A DNA stretch of 64,000 bases from Candidatus Bathyarchaeota archaeon (GCA_963702095.1 OY969706.1:2080001-2144000); one strand, 5' to 3'. Shown: positions 9,849-19,803, counted from the first letter of the stretch. Notes: generated by a model not told the origin, from the sequence alone. A program made the numbers and translations.

Positions 9849-10679
9849 ATGATGGGCAAGCAATCCGATACTCGCCTCCTACAAAACAAAGGCGAATTCA
9901 CCAAATTCCAAATCCTCCTCGAAATCATGCGCAACCAACCCCACGTTAAACAAAAAGACATCGCCGAAAAACTCGGAATCACCATACAAGCGGTCTCAAA
10001 ATACTTCAAAAAACTCGCCAGGGAAGGATTGCTGGAATCCAGCTCTGAGAGGGCAGATTATCGTTTAACCCCTAAAGCCCTTTCCACGCTTCAGGAGAAC
10101 TTGAAGGGGTTAGAAAGATACGTTAACTCAACAAAGAACGAAATGAAAGTTGAGCGATCCCTCCCCGCCATAGCAACCATGCCAGTTAGAAAAGGAGAAG
10201 TAGTTGGTTTAATCATGAAAGGAGGAGTCGTATACACTGTTCCTTCGGATCACTCTGAAGCAAAAGGCACTGCACTGGAAGATGCTCAACCTGGAGAAGA
10301 TTTAGGATTAACCAATTTACAGGGCAAAATAAGTGTTAAAGAAGGAAAAATTCTCATCCTAAAGTTACCCAGCATAAGAAAAGGTGGGTCGCGAGCAGTC
10401 GACCTTGAAAAAGTCAAGGCGTTCTATGACGAGTTCAAACCTGACCGCGTCGGCGTTATGGGCGCAGTTGGAAGAGCGGTAGTAAACAAGTTAGGGCTCA
10501 AAGCAGACATTGAATTCGGAATCAGCCGCGCCGCAGCCATAGCAGCGTCGAGAGGACTAAACGTTTTGGTGCTGGTTGTAGGCAGAATGAGTAACCGCAT
10601 GACAGAAGAAATAGAGAACGTAAACATGAAAAACACCGCCAACATCAGCTACGAAGTCCGCGACGCAGTCAAAAAATAG
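9849..10679 (+). CDS. Winged-HTH transcriptional regulator, archaeal COG1497-like family
   Basis: TKFQILLEI...QPHVKQKDIAEKLGITIQAVS HTH plus the conserved C-terminal domain (..AA.RGL.V.V). Divergent from cbiM. Confidence 0.8.
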   Translation: MMGKQSDTRLLQNKGEFTKFQILLEIMRNQPHVKQKDIAEKLGITIQAVSKYFKKLAREGLLESSSERADYRLTPKALSTLQENLKGLERYVNSTKNEMKVERSLPAIATMPVRKGEVVGLIMKGGVVYTVPSDHSEAKGTALEDAQPGEDLGLTNLQGKISVKEGKILILKLPSIRKGGSRAVDLEKVKAFYDEFKPDRVGVMGAVGRAVVNKLGLKADIEFGISRAAAIAASRGLNVLVLVVGRMSNRMTEEIENVNMKNTANISYEVRDAVKK

Positions 10680-10684
10680 CCAAA

Positions 10685-11517
10685 TTAGAATTTACGGAGG
10701 TTTTTTGTGAGGACCGCCAGAGCTTCATCGTAAGTTATTGGCACCTCATCTATAACTCCCAATGCTTTGAGTTTACCGAAAAGCCGTGCTATCGAGGGCG
10801 GTTCAAGCCCTGCCGATTCAAGCAAATGTTCGTCTTGGAGAACCTTGTGCATTTCGCCCCCGCCAAGCAGCGAACCGTGGCTGACAACAACAACGCGGTC
10901 TGCAAGTTCAGGCAATGCCTCAACGTCGTGAGTGGAGATGACAATTGTGGTTCCTTCGGCGCTGAGTTCGTTAAGCAAGTCGATAAGCCCTCTTCTTGAC
11001 ACTAAATCCAAATTTGCAGTAGGCTCATCAAGGATTAGCAGTTCGGGTCTTAGAATCAGGGCGGTTGCCAGGGAGACTTTTTTCTTTTCTCCGAAGCTTA
11101 GCCTGTGGGGTGGGCGGTCTTTGAGGTGGCTTATGCCGATGTCTTCGAGGATGTGGTCGCATCTTTGGCTTATAACTTCAGGGGCTAATCCGAGGTTTTT
11201 GGGCCGTATTCTATGTCTTCTTTTACGCTGGGGGTGAAGAGTTGGTCGTCGGGGTCTTGGAAGACGATGCCTATGCGTGAGCGTAGTTTGGGGAAGTCCT
11301 TCGAAGTGGTTGGTTGACCGAACACTTTGATGTGGCCCTTACTTGGAGTCAGCAGCCCTGCTATGAGGAGAATCAGTGTGGATTTGCCTGAACCGTTAGG
11401 CCCTAGAATTGCGACTCGCTCGCCGGGCTTAATCTCAAGAGACACACCCTTCAGTGCACTGACGCCGGCTGGGTAAGAAAACTTTACATCTTCCACAGAG
11501 ACAATCGATTCGGTCAT
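10685..11517 (-). CDS. ECF ATPase NikO/CbiO (frameshift near 11195)
   Basis: GPNGSGKST and VFQDPDDQLF in ORF 11185-11517. LSFGEKKK, DEPTANLD and THDVE in the downstream frame. Confidence 0.85.
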
Positions 11518-11529
11518 GTACTGGGCCTT

Positions 11530-12343
11530 CTATGACAGCGCAAATAATGCAACAGTGATTATTAACGCTGACGCAAAAGCCACATCATAAACGTGGAAAG
11601 ACGGAAGTGAGGACTTGGCGCTTTTTTCTATCTCGAACCCACGGGCTTTCATGGCTAAATAGACCCGCTCCGAACGCTCGTAGGTGCGGATGAACAAAGT
11701 AGCTACTACTGATCCTAAATCTTTGAGGGCTTGCATATTGAACGTCTTTTTATGCACGTAGGTCCGGGCTTCTTTTGCTATTAAGACGCTTTGAGCCTCA
11801 TGGACAGATACAAAAAAGTACCGGTAAGTAAGGCTGAATAGTTGGACAATTACGCTAGGAACTCTCATGGCGGAGAGAAGCGCTAACATTTTGTCAAACC
11901 CTGTGGACAAAATCAGCGATATTAGGGATGCCACACAGAACCATACACGAACAGTGAAGACGGCAGCATTTGTCAGACCCTCGACAGTTACTGTTAGGTG
12001 CAGGCCGCCGAGGCTAGCTCGCCCAAATGGGGGTTCCTGCGGCAAAGAAGATGGGGGGTATTGAGAGCAATGCTGCTAAAGCTGTTACAAAAGCGGTTCT
12101 TACGAAAAAGTGCGTAAGCGGAATCCTCGATGAAACCGCTAACACAATTGGAATTATGCAAAGTATAAGCAGGTATGATAGGTTAAAAATAAAGAGGGAA
12201 GCCACAATCATCGCGACTACCGCTACCAGCTTGGCTAAGGGATTAATCGATTGCAAGAGGCCTTTTCTGTTGCTTAAGTCTTCTAAGTAAACTAGTGATT
12301 CTGCGCCTTCCATTAGGTCTCTTAGGGATTGCGGTGCCTTCAT
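11530..12343 (-). CDS. ECF T component NikQ/CbiQ (frameshift near 12030)
   Basis: GLLQSINPLAKL in the N-terminal ORF; LTYRY, AKEAR, AMKARGF in the C-terminal ORF. Confidence 0.85.
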
Positions 12344-12347
12344 ATGC

Positions 12348-12632
12348 TTAACTCTTTTTCCTGCCCAAGGCTTTAGCAACTGCGAAACCTACAATGAACA
12401 ACAACGCTGTTCCGCCTATGCCGATAATCAGTCCGCCTGTTGTACTATCGATGCCAGCGATTGAATAATCTGCGAATGGCGCCTCATAGACGGGTGATTC
12501 TTGTGCGCCGAGTTGTTCTGCTTTTACGTCAAGTGTCTCCATGGCGTAGGATAGGAAGAAAACGCCGATGAGGACAAAGATTATGGCTACTGTTAAACCC
12601 ACTATGATTGTTTTCTGGTTTTTAGTTACCAT
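12348..12632 (-). CDS. NikN-like (PDGLE-type) small membrane component
   Basis: TM-ETLD..AE..G..E..YEAPFADYSIAG-TM. Lies between the M and Q genes. Confidence 0.75.
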   Translation of the reverse strand: MVTKNQKTIIVGLTVAIIFVLIGVFFLSYAMETLDVKAEQLGAQESPVYEAPFADYSIAGIDSTTGGLIIGIGGTALLFIVGFAVAKALGRKKS

Positions 12633-12635
12633 TCC

Positions 12636-13324
12636 TTATGCCTCCACTGGTTGTTTGTTTTTGAACATGCTTAGTTTGCCTAAAATTGGGCTTCTTTCCA
12701 AGACATCAGGGCGCAGTTTGAATAATGTGCCAATGATGATCACTGAAACTATGCCCTCTGCCACGCCAATGATCGAGTGATTCAGCGCCATTGCGGGAAC
12801 TGCAATGCTTAAGCCGTATTGGAAGGTTGGTGTAGATAAGCCGAGTTCTGTGCCTGCTGAGATGGCTGCGAGCACGTCACCGACGAACGCTGATATGAAT
12901 ATTGTAACGAATATGCTGGTCATGGTTTTTAATTTGAAGACTTTGTTGGCTACTAAGAATATGATGCAGGGGACAAATATGCCGATTATGCCCATGTTGA
13001 GGACGTTTGCGCCTAGTGTTGTGAGTCCGCCGTCGCCGAAGAGGAAGGCTTGCAATACGAGGATTATGGTGATGGAGATGCAGCCTGCGAAGGGGCAGTA
13101 TGACGGCCGATGGTTGCGCCGCCGAGTAAGTGTGCTGTTGTTCCTCCGAGGATGGGGTAGTTCATCATCATTGCTGCGAAGAAGAGGGCTGTGAGTAGTC
13201 CCATTATGGGTATTTGTTGTTCTGTTAGTTTGCTTTTTTTGACTGATATTCCCCAGAATATGATTGTTATGATGAATGCGGGTATTATGACGTATAGTGT
13301 TAGGAATCCGTCTGGTATGTGCAT
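12636..13324 (-). CDS. nikM: Nickel-type ECF S component NikM (indels near 13060-13110)
   Basis: MHIPDG N-terminus, GTTAHLLGG, QAFLFGDGGLTTLGAN, H..IG.AEG are NikM-type signatures. Confidence 0.85.
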
Positions 13325-13347
13325 ATTTTTTACTCCCTAGCTCTCGA

Positions 13348-13375
13348 GTATTACGTTTGTTTAGAAAAGTGTTAC
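13348..13375. promoter_or_regulatory. NikR-like operator 1 (GTATTAC-N14-GTGTTAC) upstream of nikM
   Basis: Ends 24 bp upstream of the nikM ATG. Same spacing as three other copies. Confidence 0.7.
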
Positions 13376-13441
13376 GTTTATATTAAGCTTTTGCGTGAAA
13401 TAACCCAATCCGACCCATTCAAAACCCTCACGGTGAAGCAA

Positions 13442-13672
13442 ATGGTTGAAGCACTCACAAAAGAAAAACTCAAAGAAAGAGAATTAATCCGCATGTTCGA
13501 GCCCATAGAGGGCGAAATAAGCTTAATCAAAGCAAACGCAAAATTCAATCACACAGTAAATAAGACGCCTGAGCGGGAAACAAAGATTATTCTAGCCTAC
13601 GCCGAAGACACTCAACACCTTGTTCGCATCCTAAAAGAGAGGATAAAGCTGCTGTTGGATGCCACAAGCTAA
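13442..13672 (+). CDS. Small hypothetical helical protein (76 aa)
   Basis: ATG at 13442 within ORF 13319-13672. Coding-like composition, divergent from nikM. Confidence 0.45.
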   Translation: MVEALTKEKLKERELIRMFEPIEGEISLIKANAKFNHTVNKTPERETKIILAYAEDTQHLVRILKERIKLLLDATS

Positions 13673-13697
13673 CCTTGTCTACGGTGGCCAGATAATA

Positions 13698-13831
13698 GTT
13701 TTTGTTTTTTAGTGTTAGATGAAGCGGGGAGTCCTTTACTCTTCTTCTTGCTGCGGGGTTGGCATGCGGTTGCTTTTTGGTTTGGTTTGTGTGTTGGGTT
13801 GCTGGTTGGTTGTGGCTGGTTCCTCATGCGG
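13698..13831 (-). repeat. Intergenic repeat family B, copy 1
   Basis: Reverse complement reads ccacaaccaaccagcaaccc...aagaagaagagtaaagg...cttcatctaacactaaaaaac, similar to five other copies. Confidence 0.65.
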
Positions 13832-13892
13832 AGGGAACTTGTTTGGCTCTGTTCGAGAAGTATATTCCCCCCCCCCCCCACAAACACCTATA

Positions 13893-13920
13893 GTATTACT
13901 TATTTATAAAAAGGTAATAC
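13893..13920. promoter_or_regulatory. NikR-like operator 2, perfect GTATTAC-N14-GTAATAC, orphan
   Basis: Perfect half-site palindrome with TTTATAAA inside the spacer and TTATAT right after. No convincing protein gene starts here. Confidence 0.7.
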
Positions 13921-13958
13921 TTATATCTCTGCCGCACTTATGCATACAACGCAACTAA

Positions 13959-14130
13959 GCAGTCGGGAACAGTTAGTACTGCCCTACTAACGCAAAGCAA
14001 TCCCCTCCCGGTGCTGCGCCAAAACTGAACCTTTCGGTTGGCTGTAAACAACCGAAACCCCAAAAGGGCGATTAGGCAAACACCGCGACTTTTAACGCCT
14101 AATCGGGTTTCCTTGGCGCTTCGGGCTTCC
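13959..14130. ncRNA. Candidate structured non-coding element (multi-stem)
   Basis: Stems: gttagta/tactaac; gcgccaa(14016)/ttggcgc(14113) enclosing tttcggttg/caaccgaaa, ccc/ggg and cgattaggc/gcctaatcg. Confidence 0.45.
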
Positions 14131-14162
14131 AAAAAAATAGACAATTTGAAAAAAGTTAGCGG

Positions 14163-14937
14163 TCAAGCGAGAGGGGCTATAGGGATAATGTACGGACTTT
14201 TCCTGCTGTAGTTTATCTCTACTTCCACACCATAAACTAACCGTATGTTTTCAGCAGTTAAAACAGAAGAGGGATTGCCTGCAGCATAAATGTTGCCAGC
14301 CTGCATCATCATGATTCTGTCACAAAATCTCGAAGCCAGATTCAAGTCGTGAATTGCGATGACAGCGGATAAAGATTGTTTTGAAACGATTTCTCGGGTG
14401 AGACTCATAACTTCGAGTTGGTGTCTTATGTCTAAATTGCTTGTTGGTTCGTCAAGGAGGAGAACCTTTGCTTCTTGGGCTAAAGATCGGGCTATGAGAA
14501 CCCGCTGTTGCTCCCCGCCGCTGAGTTCAAAAAAGTTCCGCATTGCGATGTGTTCGATGTTGAGGGCTTTTAGGGCTGCCCATGCTTTCTGGCTGTCTTT
14601 TTCGCTGCCCGCCCAAGTAATGTGGGGTCTTCTACCCATCAAGACGATTTCGTAAACAGGAAGTCCTTCGGGGTTATCGACTGAGGTCTGAGGGACGTAT
14701 CCAAGGTGTTTGGCGACTTCGAGGCGGTTCATTTTTTTTATTGATTTGCCATCTAGCATTATTTTGCCTTGTGTTGGTTCGATGATTTTGTTTATACATT
14801 TGAGCAGGGTTGTTTTTCCTGAGCCGTCGGGCCTGGATTAGGCGTAGTACTTCTGAGTTTTTGAGTTCTAAGGAGATGCCTGCGAGTGTGGGGTTGCTGC
14901 GGTAGCTGAATGTTATGTCTTGTACGGTTATGTTCAT
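14163..14937 (-). CDS. Type II ABC importer ATPase (FecE-like), indels in the Walker A region
   Basis: MNITVQDITFSY..., disrupted GP.GSGKTT, LSGGEQQR, LLDEPTSNLD, IHDLNLA. Confidence 0.88.
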
Positions 14938-14980
14938 GGTGTTGTCTCGGTTAGGGTTTAGTCTTTTTTGTGGTATTTGA

Positions 14981-15008
14981 GTATTACTTTTCCAGCGTTT
15001 GGTAACAC
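14981..15008. promoter_or_regulatory. NikR-like operator 3 (GTATTAC-N14-GTAACAC)
   Basis: In the divergent promoter between the ATPase and binding-protein genes. Confidence 0.72.
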
Positions 15009-15017
15009 AACACATAA

Positions 15018-15045
15018 GTATTACATTTTTACAAAAAAGTAACAC
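15018..15045. promoter_or_regulatory. NikR-like operator 4 (GTATTAC-N14-GTAACAC)
   Basis: Ends 11 bp before the binding-protein ATG at 15057. Confidence 0.72.
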
Positions 15046-15056
15046 TGTGACCGAAT

Positions 15057-16575
15057 ATGAAAACAGTAACCATAGCAGCCATCCTGCTCATAACAATAGT
15101 CGTCATATCCTCAGCCGTAATAGGATACAGCCAAAACTGGTTCCAAACACCAGCCCCAGAAGCAACCTCAACACCCCAACCAACCACCACTCCTACCGCA
15201 ACACCAACCACACAGCCCACGGCAACAACAAGCCCAACCGCAACAGCCAAACCAACCGCCACTACCCAACCGACCCCGACACCAACAACTCAGCCCACAA
15301 CAGTCGCAGCCATGGACTTAACCCTTGAAATATACGGAAACGCCAACATGGATGATAAAATAGACGCAAGTGACGTAACTTACTTACAACAGGTAATCAG
15401 TGGTTCAAAAGAGGCCGACTCAGTTTGCTGATGCAAACCATGACGGCGCCATCAATTTGACAGACGTAGACCAAATCAACACCATCATAAACGGCAACGA
15501 AGAAAAAATCTACCTCTTAGACGGCAACAAACAGGAAATATCGGTTTCGCTGCCTGCAAACAGATTAGTAGTTGAATACAACCAAAACACCGAGCTTGTA
15601 CGGATACTTGGAGTAGAAGACCTTGTTGTCGGCATTGACTCTGGCGTTGAGCCAGTCAAAGAATTGTTCTTCCCAGACAACTACGCTGACATAACTTGTG
15701 TGGGACAAATGAGTTCACCGGACTACGAAGCAGTCCTGAACCTGAACCCCACCACATTGCTGACTTTCACAGCTGCCACCGCTGACAAAGCTGCACATCT
15801 ACCCGGCGTGGACGTGGTTTACTTAGGATTGTACAATCCAAACGTTACCAAGCCTGAAGATTCCAGATTCATCCAAGGCGTACTCAAAGCAGGCTACATC
15901 TTCGACAAAGTACCCCGCGCAACCGAATACGCAAACTGGATACTTAGCCTAACATCCGCCATCAACGAAAAAGTCAACAGCATACCAGAAAGCCAACTGA
16001 AAACAGTTATGATAACCAACTGCCCAACCCTCACCACCTCTGCCCCCAAAGCCTACACTGCACAGGACACTTTGGCGCAAGCATGCATTTTGTCTGGAGG
16101 CCAAAATATAGCTTCGTCGCTTACTGGTGCGTCCATAACCATCGATACTGAATATGTACTTGACCAAGACCCAGACTACATCTTCGTCCACACCGTACGG
16201 TACACATACGGCGGAGGCACCATGGAGCCACCACAAGGCATAGACGCTACCGAAATCGCAGGCATGCGCTACCAGTTGGCACAGTACATCGCTCAACCTG
16301 GCTTTTCAAACTTAACCGCAGTCCAGAACGGCCACGTCTACATGATCGCAGGCGACTTCCGAAACAACGCAATGGGCGGCACCTTAGGCGCAGTCTACAT
16401 GGCAAAAGTCCTCTACCCTGACGTCTTCTCTGACTTTAACCCGCAAGCAATCCACGAAGAATACCTCACACACTTCCTAGGCTTAGACTACGACTTAGAT
16501 ACAAAAGGTGTTTTCCTCTACCCAGCAATAACCGTCAACGGCGACACTGTAGGCATACCCAACGGAGCAAGCTAA
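15057..16575 (+). CDS. Substrate-binding protein with TM anchor, PT linker and dockerin-like domain (frameshift near 15410)
   Basis: GNANMDDKIDASD and ADANHDGAINLTD form a duplicated Ca-binding dockerin-like motif, followed by a class III SBP (PDYEAVL.LNP, GGQNIA, AVQNGHVY). Confidence 0.87.
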
Positions 16576-16652
16576 GAGATGGTGCAAGACTGTTTCTTCT
16601 TCCCCCTTTATTTTTTTCAATTTAGGCTTAACAGAAACCAAAGGTTGGTTTT

Positions 16653-17450
16653 ATGACGGCAGGCGTGGTGGATTGGTTACAGCTAAGGCAAAATATGCTG
16701 CTATCCACAAAAAGAATCGAGTTGTATAACCCAAGTTACTGGGATAAAGAAGCCACTACTGTCAATGAGAACATGGTGCAATGGGCTGAGTTTACAAAGA
16801 AACAGCTAAAAACACTGCCTATTTCCTCTGAAGCCACGGTTCTTGATGTGGGCGCCGGCACGGGGCGTATGACGTTGCCAATGGCAAAACTTGCCAAACA
16901 TGTTACGGCGTTAGATCCATCCCAAAAAATGCTCACCATCCTTAAAGAAAACGCTCAAAAACAGCGTATCCAAAATATTGAATACATTAATGACTCCTTA
17001 GAAGAACTAAAAGTAACCAACTCTTACGATTGGGTCGTTGCTTCGTTCTCACTTTTTATGTATAACATTGAAAGCGCACTGGCAAAGATGAATGCGTTAG
17101 CATCCAGAGGCGTTTACCTTTTCCTTTCAGCGTCGCCATGGATGGACACGGAAATGCAGAAAGCAGTCAATGACGGCTTGAATGTTTGGTCAGACTTCAT
17201 TTTCATCTACAACATTCTCTATGACAACGGCATACCCGCCAACGTTGAAATCTGGGACTACCAACTCAAACAGAACTATGCAGACTTGGAATCCGCAGTT
17301 TCAAAGCTATCACTAACCTATCATATCCCAGCTTCAAATACAAACAAACTAAGAGAATACCTCGAAACAAAATTGGTTGAAGAAAACGGAAAATTATGCT
17401 ACAACCGCGAAAGGAAGGCAGCAACAATATGGTGGACAACCAACCAATAA
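16653..17450 (+). CDS. Class I SAM-dependent methyltransferase
   Basis: VLDVGAGTGR, VTALDPS..ML, YD.VVASFSL. Overlaps the permease start. Confidence 0.9.
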   Translation: MTAGVVDWLQLRQNMLLSTKRIELYNPSYWDKEATTVNENMVQWAEFTKKQLKTLPISSEATVLDVGAGTGRMTLPMAKLAKHVTALDPSQKMLTILKENAQKQRIQNIEYINDSLEELKVTNSYDWVVASFSLFMYNIESALAKMNALASRGVYLFLSASPWMDTEMQKAVNDGLNVWSDFIFIYNILYDNGIPANVEIWDYQLKQNYADLESAVSKLSLTYHIPASNTNKLREYLETKLVEENGKLCYNRERKAATIWWTTNQ

Positions 17451-18523
17451 CGCCCCAAATTAAAGAAACAAGCAACGTCGATGAAGAAAAACGGAAATAC
17501 CGGCGGCTTGTTGCCAAAAGAGGTTTGTTTTTAGGTTTAAGCTTGATCTTGCTCTTCGTTGTGGCCGGCATAGCTCTTAGTTTAGGTTCAGCCGACATGA
17601 CATTTTTCGATGCTTATGCAGCAGTGTTTGCAAGGGCTTTCCCAAACACGTTCCATGTAAGTGGGTTGGCTGACACGGTTGTTTGGACGCTGAGGTTGCC
17701 TAGGATTTTTTTGGCGGTTTTTGCGGGGGCAGCTTTAGCTATGGGCGGCTCTATTACGCAGGCAACTTTGAGAAACCCCATTGCAACCCCGTATACTCTG
17801 GGTGTTTCGGCAGGCGCCGGGTTAGGAGCAGCCATCGGCATCATATATGGTACGGGATTTCTCAACGGCGAATTTGTTATAATCGGAAACGCCTTTGTTT
17901 TCTCGTTAATCCCCGTCGCAGTAATCTTGTTGTTGGTGAAGCGTAAGGGAGCAGCGCCGGAAACCTTGATTTTGGCGGGGATAGCGATGGTGTACATTTT
18001 TTCTGCCTGCACCACTATTCTGCAGTATTTTGCAGAATCAAACGCTGTAAGCACCACGGTGTTTTGGATAGTGGGGGATTTGTCACGGGCTGCTTGGTGG
18101 CAACTGCCCTACATTTTGGGAGTGCTGGTTATTTGCATTCTAATTAACATCAAATTGGCTTGGGACATCAACATCATGAAAATGGGTGATGACACAGCAA
18201 AAAGTTTAGGCGTAGAAGTTGACCGCACAAGAACAATCGTGTTAATCACAGCTTGCCTCTCAACCGCGACGGTGGTTAGTTTCACAGGAGCTATCGGATT
18301 TATCTGCCTTGTTGCGCCGCATATTTGTCGTGCCGTTGTAGGCGGAGACGAACGGTACTTGATTGTTTCGTCTGCGGTTTTTGGGGCAATTCTCCTATTA
18401 GTCGCCGACATAGTTGCTAGGCGGTTGATTGCTCCGGTTGTGTTACCGGTGGGCGCGATAACTGCGTTTCTGGGTGGACCAATGCTGCTTTATCTGCTCG
18501 TTCGAAGGAGGCGAATGCGTTGA
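17429..18523 (+). CDS. Type II ABC permease (FecCD/BtuC family)
   Basis: LRLPRI, LRNPIATPYTLGVSAGA, GDDTAKSLGV, LPVGAITAFLGGP. Confidence 0.95.
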   Translation: MVDNQPITPQIKETSNVDEEKRKYRRLVAKRGLFLGLSLILLFVVAGIALSLGSADMTFFDAYAAVFARAFPNTFHVSGLADTVVWTLRLPRIFLAVFAGAALAMGGSITQATLRNPIATPYTLGVSAGAGLGAAIGIIYGTGFLNGEFVIIGNAFVFSLIPVAVILLLVKRKGAAPETLILAGIAMVYIFSACTTILQYFAESNAVSTTVFWIVGDLSRAAWWQLPYILGVLVICILINIKLAWDINIMKMGDDTAKSLGVEVDRTRTIVLITACLSTATVVSFTGAIGFICLVAPHICRAVVGGDERYLIVSSAVFGAILLLVADIVARRLIAPVVLPVGAITAFLGGPMLLYLLVRRRRMR

Positions 18524-18725
18524 AACAATGTTGGGGGTCTAGCGTTTTATGCATTGCCCTGTGGCGGGGTCGAAATGGTTTGTGTCGCCGTAATCGCAGT
18601 TTTTGCAGTCGTTTTTTATGTCTTGCCCAAACGGGCAACCCTTCAAATCAGCCATACTCTGCACCTAAAACGAGTGGTAGCACATATAAGATTTAAACCT
18701 TCTTTGCCGGTCCACCCAGTTCAGC

Positions 18726-19424
18726 TCAAGCAACTGCCATACCTGATTCCAAACCTACAAGCAAAGGCTCAAAGTTCTGATCCAAAACCACGATTTGATC
18801 AACTCTTGCAAAGAAAGCAGCCACTGAAGCATAAACCTCAGAGTATTCAAATCTCATTTTTAGTAAATAGCAATCCGTGAAGGTAAAGTCATATTCCCAC
18901 TCAACCTGTTGGTAGCTGCTTTGATTTTTGTAGAAGAACTGCATGCTGCCAGAACTAATGGTTTCTAGCCCGTTGGGGGTGGATATCACGATAGTGTTGT
19001 TATGCCATGTTACGTTTGGAGGGGGAAGGCTGTTATATATTTGCAACTCAGAGCATTTCGAAGCGTTTGCACTGTAGTTTAGCGACACACCTTTGGGTGA
19101 TTCTTTACCCTGTTGGCTAACGTAGCGTGTTTCATAATAGCTCAATGTTTTTGAGTCGACATAGTTAGGATAAACATATGATAAGTAAGTGCCGGGATTT
19201 AGGTAGGCTTGAGGGTCACTATCACCGCCGAAGCGTTCTTTTGAAGTTATGGCTGCATAGTTGAGAGATTCGGCTTCACTAATGGCATGTTCCTCATCGG
19301 CGGTCTCAAAGTTGCGCTCTACAGTCCTCTGGTAACTTGGTGGAATTTCTGGAGACAATACGCTCGATAGGTACAGTGCCGTCCCAACCACCGCAATCAG
19401 GCAGACCGCAAGTACCACAAGCAC
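18726..19424 (-). CDS. Hypothetical membrane-anchored extracellular protein
   Basis: N-terminal hydrophobic segment and Tyr/Ser/Asn-rich body with N-glycosylation sequons. Confidence 0.7.
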   Translation of the reverse strand: MLVVLAVCLIAVVGTALYLSSVLSPEIPPSYQRTVERNFETADEEHAISEAESLNYAAITSKERFGGDSDPQAYLNPGTYLSYVYPNYVDSKTLSYYETRYVSQQGKESPKGVSLNYSANASKCSELQIYNSLPPPNVTWHNNTIVISTPNGLETISSGSMQFFYKNQSSYQQVEWEYDFTFTDCYLLKMRFEYSEVYASVAAFFARVDQIVVLDQNFEPLLVGLESGMAVA

Positions 19425-19655
19425 TGTTTTTCGTCTTATCGGGGAGCACCCTCTCTCTATTTTATTGCAATTGATTTAAAATTATCCCCAAAATCAGGAG
19501 CTGTTAAGGCTGCGGCGGCGAGAAGCACAACAAAGAGTAGGGGGCTATTCGGTTGAGGCGATTCATGGTTGTTGTTAGCTAAGAGTTGTGATAAAAGGCT
19601 TCTTGTATAGGTTTCTTGACAGAGGTTAGTCTAACTTTGTTGACAAGCATTAAAG

Positions 19656-19790
19656 CTGCTTGTGGAACAGCCCACAACCAGCCTACAACTTGAAACAGAT
19701 GCTGAAGCAAAAACGGATTGTTTTAACCAATCGGCTGGTAGTTGTTGTGCATAGGGGGTTTTCTGCAACAACAACTATAAGAAAAAAGAA
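19656..19790 (+). repeat. Repeat family B, copy 2 (GTT/AAC-stem subtype)
   Basis: ctgcttgtgg..ccacaaccagcc...tagttgttgtgca..tgcaacaacaactataagaaaaaag. Closest to the copy at 62495-62628. Confidence 0.65.
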
Positions 19791-19803
19791 TAATCGATGT
19801 TAG

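Noticed and set aside
13669-13887. 72-aa minus-strand ORF after the orphan operator
   Set aside because: It runs through the poly-G tract and repeat B1 and has non-protein-like composition.
13959-14030. Cobalamin-riboswitch-like words (GGGAA...CCGGTGCTGC..AACTG)
   Set aside because: No B12 box or GCCACTG is recognisable and there is no downstream + strand gene. Kept only as an unclassified structured element.
4540-15310. Low-complexity repeats at 4540-4690 and 15150-15310 read as a CRISPR or tandem array
   Set aside because: They encode Pro/Thr linkers of binding proteins. No repeat-spacer array or cas gene is in the window.
19616-19645. ttgacagaggttag / gttagtctaac as another copy of the cobalt-arm operator
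   Set aside because: Two mismatches to the consensus and no metal-related gene nearby; could be chance.
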